Assembly (NCBI GenBank): GCA_965198005.1
Contig: CBDAOI010000003.1
Coordinates: forward strand, 320,001 to 384,000
DNA: 64,000 nucleotides
Source: Spirochaetia bacterium
GTDB taxonomy: Bacteria; Spirochaetota; Spirochaetia; SZUA-6; Bin103
Reading direction: 5' to 3'
This document shows, one piece after another, positions 44,631 to 54,014 of the stretch. A program made the position numbers and the translations under genes. How positions within the stretch are numbered: the stretch's first letter is position 1; each line of letters begins with the position of its first letter. The notes beneath the pieces are model-generated. The model saw only the letters and a list, made by a program, of their open reading frames with translations, ran no database searches and was not told the DNA's origin.

Positions 44631-45737
44631 TCAGCCCGCCTGCATCGGCATTACCACGTGGTGGTAGTCGCTCTCCGGGATCGGCTTGAGCGACAACGCC
44701 TTGCCCGGATCCGTGAACTCCAGCGTCACCTTGTCCGTGGCCATCTCGCGCAACGGATCGAGCAGATAGACGTAGTTGAACGCGAGCACCACCTCCGGCC
44801 CGCGGAACTCGCACGGGACATCCTCACGCGCCGCTCCGATATCCCCTTCACTCGAGCGAATGGTCAGGTTGTCGGCGGTCGTTTCCAGATGGATCCGCCG
44901 CGACTTCTGTTCCACCAATAGCGCCACCCGGCGCAACGCCTCCTCCAGGGCAGCCCGGTCAATTACGATCTGATGCTCCTGGTGATCGGGTATGACACGC
45001 TGATAATTGGGAAACTGGGCGTCGATGAGATTCGACGTCAAGTGCTGAGAATCGTACTCTACGTGAAAGTTCTTGTCCGTGACTCCAAGCTTCAATTCAC
45101 CCTCCCGGCTCACTAGACGGCGCACGACGCTCAATACCTTGGGTGGAACAATTACACCCTTGAAGTCGTCGACCTCCGGATCTATGATCTTTCCCGAGTA
45201 AGCGAGACGACGACCATCCGTGGCCACCATGATAAGTCGATCACCGTTTTTCTCGACGAACACCCCATTCATGAAGTACCTGGTCTCGTCATCCGACACG
45301 GCAAACAGCGTGTGCGAAATCATATCGATAAAACCTTGGCACGCAAATGAGAACATGGTGCTCGTCGGCGCATCTTGAAACTGGGGATACTTGTCCGAAG
45401 CAATACCTTTGAGTTGAAAGTTGATGCTCTTGAACACGGGATTGATGCGCAACACGATGTCATCAGTCTTTTGAAACTCGATCTCGCCTTCCGGTAGTGA
45501 ACGTAGAATGCCGTGAAACTTGTCACAGAACACCGTAATGCTGCCGGGTTCCTGCAGGTCCACGGGTATCGACGATTCATAGCTCACTTTCAAGTCTGTA
45601 GCGCGTATCGTCAATGCTCCATTGTTCGCTTCCAGCAGAACGTTGGACAACACGGATAAAGAGTTGCGAGCGGATATGATTTCGGATGCATTCGCGATCT
45701 CCCTGAGGATGGGCTCGCGCTCACAGGTGAACTTCAT
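44631..45737 (-). CDS. dnaN: DNA polymerase III beta clamp
   Basis: ATDGRRL, FPNYQRVIP, VVMPM. Confidence 0.97.
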   Translation of the reverse strand: MKFTCEREPILREIANASEIISARNSLSVLSNVLLEANNGALTIRATDLKVSYESSIPVDLQEPGSITVFCDKFHGILRSLPEGEIEFQKTDDIVLRINPVFKSINFQLKGIASDKYPQFQDAPTSTMFSFACQGFIDMISHTLFAVSDDETRYFMNGVFVEKNGDRLIMVATDGRRLAYSGKIIDPEVDDFKGVIVPPKVLSVVRRLVSREGELKLGVTDKNFHVEYDSQHLTSNLIDAQFPNYQRVIPDHQEHQIVIDRAALEEALRRVALLVEQKSRRIHLETTADNLTIRSSEGDIGAAREDVPCEFRGPEVVLAFNYVYLLDPLREMATDKVTLEFTDPGKALSLKPIPESDYHHVVMPMQAG

Positions 45738-45958
45738 CTCAAGACCTCATAATTCCATAAATCGGTAGTAATGGTACTAGGTTCTGTGGATTTGTGCAAA
45801 AGGTTCGTAAGTATCGTGGTCTCAATTAATTATCAAGCGGTACAAGAGGCGGTGTTCATACCCGGATTGTCCACAGCGCGAACGCGGTGCCGGGAATCGC
45901 GGGATCGTCCACCGTCTACCAACATGGAGTGCACAGCGAGAGTGCCAGTGGCTGCGGC
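45738..45958. other. oriC unwinding region: DnaA-trios plus DnaA boxes
   Basis: TAG-TAA-TGG-TAC-TAG-gttc-TGTGGATTT/TGTGCAAAA (45766-45801); TTGTCCACA at 45867-45875. Confidence 0.8.
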
Positions 45959-47380
45959 TCACGAGGTGCCGTTGTTGCGCAGCGAATTCATGATCTGCTG
46001 GAGCGCCGGCTCCAGGGTTGCGTCGGTTTTCATGCGTTCGCTTACGCGCTGTACCGCGTGCATTACGGTGCTGTGGTCGCGGCCACCGAACTCAAGTCCT
46101 ACTTCTGTCGTAGAATGCTCGGTCATCGTGCGTGTTACGAACATGGCGACTTGTCTTGGAAAGGCGATTGCCTTGGTCCTCTTCTTGCCTTTGAGTTCTG
46201 CGACGCTGAGCGAAAAATAGTCTGCGACACGCCGTTGTACTGCGTCGATACTGATGCTCAGATGCTCCGGTTTCGAAAAGAACTCCCTGAGTTGACGCTG
46301 GGCGACGTCGGGCGTAATCGACCGGTTCACCAATTTGGAGTATGCAAGCAGCTTGGTGAGTGCCTTTTCGAGATCACGGACGTTGGTTCTGATGTTGCGA
46401 CAAATCAGGGCTATAATGTCGTCGTCAATATTGATCTCGGACTCTTCGATCTTCTGTTTCATGATTGCGATGCGGGTTTCGTAAGTAGGCGGTTGCAGGT
46501 CTACGTTGAGGCCTCGTTCAAAACGATTGATCAAACGGTCGGGCAGCGATTTGAGATTGGAAACCTGGCGGTCGCTGGAAAACACCATCTGTTTGTTGGA
46601 GTCGTAGAGCGCATTGAAGGTGTGGAAGAGTTCTTGCTGAGTCTCGACTTTCCCCTCCAGGAATTGGATGTCATCGATCAGGAGGACATCGGCGGAACGA
46701 TAACGGTTCTTGAATCGGTGGCCGGTCTTCTCCTTGATCGACTGAATGAACTCATTGGTGAAGGTCTCGACCGTGACGTATACGACCTTCTGGTCGGGCA
46801 TGTCGTAGTGGACGGTGTTGCCGACCGCCTGGAGCAGATGGGTCTTGCCGAGGCCGACGCCGCCGTAGACCAGGCAGGGGTTGTAGGTGCGGCCGGGATT
46901 CTTGGCGATCGCGAGAGCGGCGTTGAGGGCGAAGGTGTTGCCTTCCCCCTCGACCATGCGCCGGAAGTTGTACTCGGGGTTGAGTTGCGCATGGCGGCGG
47001 CGCGGGCGGGTGGCGGCGGCTGCGGAAACCGGGCTCGCGGGCGGGGTGGCGGGCCGCCGTTGCGCCGCACCGCGCCGGCGGCCGGTCCGGGGCGGAAGCT
47101 CGACCGGCCCGGCGTGGGTGGGCACGTCGGGAACGGCGAAGGAGAGCTTCAGGTCTTGTCCGGAGAGTTCGAGCAGCACACGCTCGAGGGCGGGCTGGAA
47201 CCGCTGTGCCACCTGGTCCCGATAGAAGGATGAGGGAACCTGTAGTTGAATCGTGCTCTCGGCGGAGCCGCGGTACACCATGTTCTTGAACCAGGTCTCG
47301 TACTCCTGATCACTGATGGTCGACCGCACCTGGTCGTGGGCCGCGGTCCAGAACACTTCATAGTCCCAGCTTCCGGTCAT
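45959..47380 (-). CDS. dnaA: chromosomal replication initiator
   Basis: YGGVGLGKTHL, LLIDDIQF, GGRDHSTV. Confidence 0.98.
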   Translation of the reverse strand: MTGSWDYEVFWTAAHDQVRSTISDQEYETWFKNMVYRGSAESTIQLQVPSSFYRDQVAQRFQPALERVLLELSGQDLKLSFAVPDVPTHAGPVELPPRTGRRRGAAQRRPATPPASPVSAAAATRPRRRHAQLNPEYNFRRMVEGEGNTFALNAALAIAKNPGRTYNPCLVYGGVGLGKTHLLQAVGNTVHYDMPDQKVVYVTVETFTNEFIQSIKEKTGHRFKNRYRSADVLLIDDIQFLEGKVETQQELFHTFNALYDSNKQMVFSSDRQVSNLKSLPDRLINRFERGLNVDLQPPTYETRIAIMKQKIEESEINIDDDIIALICRNIRTNVRDLEKALTKLLAYSKLVNRSITPDVAQRQLREFFSKPEHLSISIDAVQRRVADYFSLSVAELKGKKRTKAIAFPRQVAMFVTRTMTEHSTTEVGLEFGGRDHSTVMHAVQRVSERMKTDATLEPALQQIMNSLRNNGTS

Positions 47381-47439
47381 GCGTTCTCCTCGTAGAATCC
47401 GGAAACCCCCTGCGAACCGTGCGTACGGGCCGCAGCCAT

Positions 47440-47700
47440 GCAAATACTCAACAGGTTGTCCACAACCAACGTTGCGAGCCACACGCAGAAAAGCTGCGAA
47501 CGACGATCACGTGGATGTCGTCGGCCAGATCCTGTGAGAAGCCCTGTCCAGGGACCGTAATACATTATCATGCAACAACTTACATATGAGTGACCGGGAT
47601 CCGGGAACAGCCTGAGCTGACGCCAAAAAGCGGTTTCTTGCACGTATAACGGCTCTACCCGCACGCCCGCGCAAAATTATCAACAACTTATCAACAAGCC
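47440..47700. promoter_or_regulatory. DnaA boxes upstream of dnaA
   Basis: TTGTCCACA at 47456; TTATCAACA at 47677 and 47688. Confidence 0.7.
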
Positions 47701-47809
47701 CCGTGGCAACCCGCTATCGTACCATTGGCGGACGCCGCACGCAAGGATGGTTCGGCAAAAAAATCGGCAAAAAACGAGGGGCGGGATTGCGGTAGGATGG
47801 GAGCGGCTT

Positions 47810-48988
47810 ATGGATACGAGCGTACGGTTGGGTGAGCGCAGGGTGGTATTGGTGGGGACTGCCCACGTGTCGGAAGAGAGCGTCAGGGAGGTTCGCGCCA
47901 CGATCGCGAGCCATGAACCGGACTGTGTGTGCGTGGAGCTGGACGCCAGCCGGTACGCCACCATCACTCAGGAACGACGCTGGATGGAGCTGGACATCCG
48001 CCGGGTGCTCAGGGAGCGCAAGGGGTTCCTGCTGTTGACCAACATTGTCCTGCATTCGTTTCAACGGCGGCTCGGGCTCGATCTCGGGGTCCAGCCGGGG
48101 GCGGAGATGGTCGCGGCCATCGACGCGGCGCGGGCCGCGGACGTCCGGTTCGTGCTCTGCGACCGGGACATCCAGGTCACGATGCGCCGGGCGTGGCGGC
48201 GATCGGGTCTGTGGGGCCGGTTCAAGCTGCTCGGGGCATTGCTGGCGGGTGCCTTCGTCAATGAGGAGCTGGAAGCGGGCCAGATAGAGGCGCTCAAGGA
48301 GCGGGGCATGCTGCAGAGCATGCTGGACGAGCTCGCCGACTATCTGCCGCGCGTCAAGGAAGTGTTGATCGACGAACGCGACACCTACCTCGCGGCGCGG
48401 ATCTACGGTGCCGGCGGCTCCCGCACGGTGGCCGTGGTCGGCGCCGGCCACGTGCCGGGGATCGAACGGGCGCTCGCCGCGTACCGGGAGCGGCCGCCGG
48501 ACGAGGACGAGCTGCGCGCACTGGATCACGTCCCGCCGCGCGGCTGGGTGAGCCGCGTGCTGCCCTGGAGCCTGCCGGCGCTGTTCGTCGGTCTGGTGGG
48601 CTACGGATTCCTGCGCGCCGGGGCCGAGCTGACGATTCAGAAGCTCACGCAATGGATCCTGGTGAACGGCTCCTTTGCCGCGCTCGGCTGTCTGGCCGCG
48701 TTGGCCCACCCGGTGACCATCCTGTCGGCGTTCGTGGCCGCACCGATCACCTCGATCAACCCCACCATCGGCGTGGGGTTGGTGGCCGGCCTGGTGCAGG
48801 CGTTCATGCGCAAGCCGCGGGTGGTGGACTTCGAGCACCTGGCGGAGGACATCACCCGCCTGCGCGGCATTCTGCGCAACCGGGTGACGCACGTGCTGGT
48901 GGTGTTCTTCCTGTCCAGCGTCGGCAGCGCGATCGGCACCTTTGTCGGGCTATCGTTCCTCACCAGTCTGCTGCGCGGCGGCGTCTGA
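47810..48988 (+). CDS. TraB/GumN (pheromone shutdown-like) family membrane protein
   Basis: GTAHVS, VCVELD, PGAEM, LIDERD, VVGAGH. Confidence 0.9.
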   Translation: MDTSVRLGERRVVLVGTAHVSEESVREVRATIASHEPDCVCVELDASRYATITQERRWMELDIRRVLRERKGFLLLTNIVLHSFQRRLGLDLGVQPGAEMVAAIDAARAADVRFVLCDRDIQVTMRRAWRRSGLWGRFKLLGALLAGAFVNEELEAGQIEALKERGMLQSMLDELADYLPRVKEVLIDERDTYLAARIYGAGGSRTVAVVGAGHVPGIERALAAYRERPPDEDELRALDHVPPRGWVSRVLPWSLPALFVGLVGYGFLRAGAELTIQKLTQWILVNGSFAALGCLAALAHPVTILSAFVAAPITSINPTIGVGLVAGLVQAFMRKPRVVDFEHLAEDITRLRGILRNRVTHVLVVFFLSSVGSAIGTFVGLSFLTSLLRGGV

Positions 48989-49561
48989 TTCGAGCAGCGC
49001 GCGGCAACGGCGCAACGCCCGCCCGCGATGAGAGAGCGCGTCCTTCTCGGCGGGGCTCAGCTCGGCCATGGTGCGTCCCTGCGCCGGGAGCAGGAACACG
49101 GGGTCGTACCCGAAGCCATTGGCGCCGCGCGGATGATCGCTGATTGCCCCGGCCACCGTCTCCTGGACCAGCAGCAGCCGCCGGTCGTCCAACACCAGCG
49201 CCACGCAGCACACGAAAGCGGCGGCGCGGTGTTCCTCGCCGGCAAGCAGCTCCAGCAGGTGCCGGGTGCGGCCGGCATCGTCCAGCCTGACGCCGGGAGG
49301 CCCGAAGCGCGCCGACCGGACCCCCGGCGCGCCGCCGAGAGCGTCTACCGCGAGCCCCGAGTCGTCGGCCAGCACCGGCCGGCCGAGCATCCGGTAGAGG
49401 TGCCGGGCTTTCCCCAGGGCGTTCTCGTGGAACGTGGGGCCGTTCTCCTCGAACGCAAACGTCAGCCCCAGGTCGGCGGGGGTGCGTACGGTGATGCCGT
49501 GCAGGATGCGCCGTACCTCGCCGGCCTTATGCGGATTGTTGCTGGCGAACACCAGTTCCAT
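48950..49561 (-). CDS. rdgB: non-canonical purine NTP pyrophosphatase
   Basis: ASNNPHK, ADDSGL, GFGYDPVF, SHRGRA. Confidence 0.95.
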   Translation of the reverse strand: MELVFASNNPHKAGEVRRILHGITVRTPADLGLTFAFEENGPTFHENALGKARHLYRMLGRPVLADDSGLAVDALGGAPGVRSARFGPPGVRLDDAGRTRHLLELLAGEEHRAAAFVCCVALVLDDRRLLLVQETVAGAISDHPRGANGFGYDPVFLLPAQGRTMAELSPAEKDALSHRGRALRRCRALLESDAAAQQTGEER

Positions 49562-50507
49562 GGAGTGGAGCGTACCGGGAGGAGATTTCCCGTTTCAACC
49601 AGAACAGCCCGGTATCCACGGTGCCCTTGGGTACGCCCAGTGCCGCACCGATCTCGCGGTTGCTCGGACCGAGGTGCACGCGCGCCAACTCCCGTCGGGC
49701 TGCGGAGACGGTCCGCCGCAGGCGGTCGGCCCGCGCCGTGGCCCGGGCGCGGCGTTCCGGATCCGATTCCGCGACGGCGTCGGCCTGCCAGAGCTGAAGC
49801 TGGGCGAAGGCGCTGTTGCGGCGCTCGCGCAGCACCGTGAAGCGACGCTGGACTGCGCTCCGGCCGCGGTGCAGCCGCGCCACCTGGGCGCGCAGCCATT
49901 GCTCGTCGCAGTCGGCGAGCTGGGCCGCGGCCGTCAACATGGCGTCGTCCATTTCATGCCCGGCCTTCAAGGCCGCGTACAGGACGCGGCGGTGGAGCGG
50001 CGCCGCCGGCAACCCCGGCCGGGGCCGGCGGCACGTCGCCGGTACGGCGTCCGCCGCCGCGGACGGTGGCTGGGGCAGCGCCGGCGCCGACTGCGCCCCC
50101 GGGTCCGTGTCGGTGGCCGGCTGTTGCGTGTGGGTTGCGGCCGGGTCCGTGTGGGCGGCCGCCAGGTCTGCCTGTGGATCCCAGACCTGGCTGCGCAGCC
50201 CGGTTTCCCAGGCCTGCTCGCGCTGGCGCCGGCGCGCCAGAAAGGTCCGCAACTGCCAGCTCAGCACCGAGTTGAGGTACCGTTCGAACGGCTTGCCCTG
50301 GTCGCGAAACCGCGCCAGCATCCGCTCCAGCTTGGCATGGCAGAACAAGTAGAACTCGCCTGCCGTATCCTCCTCCAGATACGGGTACTTGCGACGCGGG
50401 TAGGCGTACACGTACTTACCCAGATCCTCCAACAAATCGCGCTTGCCCGCGCCCGAGTCCTGATAGGCTCGCACCCGGGCGGTCCAGCCGGCCAGTTGCT
50501 CCTGCAT
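49527..50507 (-). CDS. divergent sigma70-like/HTH protein
   Basis: region-2-like F...GKPFERYL..VL; region-4-like SNREIGAALGVPKGTVDTGL. Confidence 0.6.
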   Translation of the reverse strand: MQEQLAGWTARVRAYQDSGAGKRDLLEDLGKYVYAYPRRKYPYLEEDTAGEFYLFCHAKLERMLARFRDQGKPFERYLNSVLSWQLRTFLARRRQREQAWETGLRSQVWDPQADLAAAHTDPAATHTQQPATDTDPGAQSAPALPQPPSAAADAVPATCRRPRPGLPAAPLHRRVLYAALKAGHEMDDAMLTAAAQLADCDEQWLRAQVARLHRGRSAVQRRFTVLRERRNSAFAQLQLWQADAVAESDPERRARATARADRLRRTVSAARRELARVHLGPSNREIGAALGVPKGTVDTGLFWLKREISSRYAPLHGTGVRQQQSA

Positions 50508-50534
50508 CGACGACCACCTCCTGGTCCGCCTTTC

Positions 50535-50550
50535 TGCAAGAGCCGTGCCA
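50535..50550 (-). promoter_or_regulatory. sigma54 promoter
   Basis: TGGCACGGCTCTTGCA, full consensus match. Confidence 0.8.
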
Positions 50551-50627
50551 GGCGCCCAGCCGCGGGGGCCGCCGCGGGCAGGCGCATGCCCCGCGGCTTT
50601 ACGTTGGTTTACACTTTGCGGGGTGGG

Positions 50628-51581
50628 CTATCCGAGGCGCCGCAGGATCTCGGCGCGAAGCTCGTCGATGCTGCCCGGCCAGGTGAATCCCGCCGCCTGC
50701 CGGTGACCGCCGCCACCGAGCGCGTGGGCCACGCTCCCGACATCCGCGGCGGCGCTGGAGCGCATGCTCACCGAACAGCCGCCGGCGGGCTCCTCACGCG
50801 CGAACACCAGCACCTCGCAGCCGGCCACGGTCAGCAGCAGATCGTAGAGTTCGTCGTAACCCGCCCGCTCCCGTTCGCTGCGCCACTGGCAGGTGAACAG
50901 CAGCCGTCCGCCGCGGTGCTGCTCGGTCCGGGCCAGCAGCGTGCCGAGCAGGCGCCGGTGGAGGAAGGTGCGCCCACCGCCTATGCGCTGGTAGACCGTC
51001 TGCGGGTCTGCGCCGGCGGCCACCAGCCGGCCGGCCGCGGCAAATACCGGTTGGCTGTGCGTATTGAGGTGGCGGAAGAACCCGGTGTCGGTGCACAGCC
51101 CGAACAGCAGCAGCTCGGCCAGCGCGGGGGTCAGTTCCGTCCCCGAGGCCTCGATGATGAGTTGCACCAGGTACACCGTGGCGGGCGCCGAGGGATCCAC
51201 CAGCCGGAGGTCGCCGAAGGCGACTCCAGCGGAGTGGTGGTCGATGACCAGCGTGCGCAGGCCGTCGATCTCCGGTTCGAGGGTGCCGGTGCGGTCCGGC
51301 GTCGAGCAGTCAACCACCACCACGAGCGGCTGGCGCGCGCGCATCTCCGGTTCGATGGTGGAGCGGAAGCGGGCGGCAAAGGCGCGGACCTCGGCGCGGT
51401 CGAAGGGGCCGGCCGAGTAGACGCCGACCCGCTTGCCGCAGCCGGCCAGAAACTCGGCCAGGGCAAGCTGGGCGGCGACGCAGTCGCCGTCCGGCCGTTC
51501 GTGCCCGACCACCGCCACGGAGTCCGCCGCCTGGAGAGTGGCAAGGATGGCGCCGAGAGCGGCCGGCGTGACGGCGTTCAT
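50628..51581 (-). CDS. DHH/DHHA1 phosphoesterase (NrnA-like)
   Basis: GHERPDGD, IDHH, TDTG, GGGGHRQAAG. Confidence 0.92.
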   Translation of the reverse strand: MNAVTPAALGAILATLQAADSVAVVGHERPDGDCVAAQLALAEFLAGCGKRVGVYSAGPFDRAEVRAFAARFRSTIEPEMRARQPLVVVVDCSTPDRTGTLEPEIDGLRTLVIDHHSAGVAFGDLRLVDPSAPATVYLVQLIIEASGTELTPALAELLLFGLCTDTGFFRHLNTHSQPVFAAAGRLVAAGADPQTVYQRIGGGRTFLHRRLLGTLLARTEQHRGGRLLFTCQWRSERERAGYDELYDLLLTVAGCEVLVFAREEPAGGCSVSMRSSAAADVGSVAHALGGGGHRQAAGFTWPGSIDELRAEILRRLG

Positions 51582-52783
51582 GCTTCCGGCGCAACGGCGA
51601 GGATCGCGGTCTGCGGCGCGCCGCCGGAAATCACCAGCTCGGTTCCGGCCACCAGAGCGTTGATCTCGCTGCGCATGCCATAGTCCGCGTGATAGACCCC
51701 CGGCTCGATCGAGAAGCAGGAGCCGTCCAGCAGCGGGCGCGTGTCCGGGAACTCCACCATATCGAGATTCACGCCGATGCCGTGCAGTTGCGTGTCGATG
51801 GCGTGACCGGTGCGATGGCGCACGGCGGACAACAGCCCGTGGCGCTGCAGAATGGCGCGCGCTCGTTGATCGACCTCCGCGCCGGTCACCGGCTCCCGCG
51901 CGTGCAGCCGCGAGCGGATAAGCGCCACCGCGCCGTCGCGCGCCGCGCACACGGCGGCGAAGGTCGCCTGCAGGGCCGCCGGCACCTCGGTGCCGGTGAA
52001 CGCCACCCATGAGATGTCGGCGTACACACCGTGCGCGCCCGGCTCCTTCGCCCACAGATCGAACTGCAGGACCTGATCCGGCGTTATCGGAGCGCCGGCG
52101 CCCTCCGGCTGATAGTGCGGGTCGCCGCTGTTGCGCGCCACGGCGACCAGCGGCGGCTCGTCGCTCACCAAGCCGCGCGCCTGCAGCCCGGCGGCCAGCC
52201 AGTCCCGCACCGCCCCCTCGGTGACGGAGCTGCCGGCGCGCACGCCCGCGGCCAGCCGCCGCCACGCCTCGTCCAGGGTTGCCCGGACCGCGGCCGCGGC
52301 GCGCAGGTGCGCGGCGCGGCGCGCGCCGTCGAGCACGCCCAGCACCCGCTGGATCAAGTCCGCGGCCGACGTGGTGGGCACCGCAAGCTGCTGCACCATC
52401 TCCACCGCCCCGTGATCCACCAGCGACAGCGCCGGAATGGTGGCGCTGTAATTGACCGCTACCGTCGTCAACCCGTGGCAGGCCGCCCGTACGCAGCTCA
52501 GCAGTTCGCTACGTGACCCGTAGGTGGCGCGGGCGCCGGGCACCTGGTCGAGGATGTTCGGCTCGATGGCGTGCACGATGCGCTGGACGCCGCCGTCGGC
52601 ACGCACCAGGCACAGCCAGGGACGGGTATTCAGCGCATCCGCGGCGACGCCCAGGATCGCGTCGGCGACGTGATCGCGGTGATACACGTTGTAGAGCAGC
52701 CAGGCGGGCACCTGCTCGGCGCGCAGCGCCTGCCGGGCGCGGTCCAGGCGGCCCGCCGTGGCGGGCGCGGTGGGGGCGCTCAT
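51578..52783 (-). CDS. M24 (Xaa-Pro) metallopeptidase
   Basis: DPHY, DLWAK, HRTGH, FSIEPGVY, RSE. Confidence 0.88.
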   Translation of the reverse strand: MSAPTAPATAGRLDRARQALRAEQVPAWLLYNVYHRDHVADAILGVAADALNTRPWLCLVRADGGVQRIVHAIEPNILDQVPGARATYGSRSELLSCVRAACHGLTTVAVNYSATIPALSLVDHGAVEMVQQLAVPTTSAADLIQRVLGVLDGARRAAHLRAAAAVRATLDEAWRRLAAGVRAGSSVTEGAVRDWLAAGLQARGLVSDEPPLVAVARNSGDPHYQPEGAGAPITPDQVLQFDLWAKEPGAHGVYADISWVAFTGTEVPAALQATFAAVCAARDGAVALIRSRLHAREPVTGAEVDQRARAILQRHGLLSAVRHRTGHAIDTQLHGIGVNLDMVEFPDTRPLLDGSCFSIEPGVYHADYGMRSEINALVAGTELVISGGAPQTAILAVAPEA

Positions 52784-53733
52784 GCGCGCACCGGCAGCGT
52801 CGCCAGCAGCACCGCCCGGGCGGTATGCTTGCGGTTCTCGGCCTGCTCCCACACCAGCGAGGCGTCACCCTCGAACACCTCGCCGGTCACCTCCTGCCCC
52901 CTCACCGCCGGAAGGTCGTGCATGAACACGCAGGCGGCGTTGCCGGTGCGGTCCAGCAGCGCGCGGTCGACCCGGTAGGGGGCAAGCAGCCGCAACCGTT
53001 CCTCGGCCTGCGCCTCTTCGCCCATGGAAACCCAGACGTCGGTGTACAGCGCGTCGGCCCCGGCTACCAGGTCCAGCTCGGTGCCGGCGTCGACGCTGCC
53101 GCCGGCGGCCTCGGCCAGCTTCTCACACCGTCCCAGAAGCGCCTCCTCCGGCATTAGTTCACGCGGTCCCACGGCGCGAAAGTTCATGCCCATCAGCGCG
53201 CAGCCGATCATCAGCGAGCTCGCGATGTTGTTGCGCGCGTCGCCGACGTACGCCAGGGTCAGCCCCGCCAGACGCCCGCAGTGCTCCTCGAGGGTCATCA
53301 GATCGGCCAGCACCTGCGTCGGGTGCCGGGTATCGGTAAGGCCGTTGTGCACCGGCACGCCGGCGTAGCGCGCCAGCGTGGCCACGGTCTCCTGCCGGTA
53401 GCCGCGGAACTGAATCGCGTGGAACATCCGCCCGAGCACGCGGGCGGTATCTTCCAGCGACTCCTTCCTGCCCAGATGGATCTCCTGCGCACCCAGGAAC
53501 ACCGGATGGCCCCCCTCTTCGCCGAACGCGGTCTCGAACGCGCATCGGGTGCGGGTCGAAGGTTTCTCGTAGAGCAGGGCCATGGACAGTCCGAGGAAGC
53601 GCTGGTGGACGCGGCCGGCGCGGTGCTCGCGCTTGGCTGCGTGTGCGAGGTCCAGCAGCAACCGGACGTCGGCCGCCGCAAAGTCGCTCAGCGTAAGCAG
53701 CGACCGGCCCAGCAGGTGGCTGTTGACTTTCAT
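52780..53733 (-). CDS. argF: ornithine carbamoyltransferase
   Basis: STRTR, HPTQ, DVWVSMG, HDLP. Confidence 0.9.
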   Translation of the reverse strand: MKVNSHLLGRSLLTLSDFAAADVRLLLDLAHAAKREHRAGRVHQRFLGLSMALLYEKPSTRTRCAFETAFGEEGGHPVFLGAQEIHLGRKESLEDTARVLGRMFHAIQFRGYRQETVATLARYAGVPVHNGLTDTRHPTQVLADLMTLEEHCGRLAGLTLAYVGDARNNIASSLMIGCALMGMNFRAVGPRELMPEEALLGRCEKLAEAAGGSVDAGTELDLVAGADALYTDVWVSMGEEAQAEERLRLLAPYRVDRALLDRTGNAACVFMHDLPAVRGQEVTGEVFEGDASLVWEQAENRKHTARAVLLATLPVRA

Positions 53734-53906
53734 TCCGACAATCCCGCCTCTCGCGTCTCGTGGAAAGAGAGGAACGTACCGGATGCGCCGGGAAGCTGCA
53801 AGCGAGTCGTTCCTTATTTCCTTATTGCACGTGCGACGGCTTCGTGCGTTTGCTCCGGTGGGGAAGGTTGACAGGAGCGCGACGATGCGGCATGTTTCAG
53901 CGTCGC

Positions 53907-53991
53907 GCTGCGGTGGTGGAATTGGTAGACACGCTAGCTTGAGGGGCTAGTGGGCGTTCAGCCCGTGAAGGTTCAAGTCCTTTTCGCAGCA
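53907..53991 (+). tRNA. tRNA-Leu(GAG)
   Basis: CTAGC-TTGAGGG-GCTAG anticodon arm, GTTCAAG T-loop; TTGACA upstream. Confidence 0.92.
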
Positions 53992-54014
53992 GCCAGTCGC
54001 GTGTTCATTGCGCG

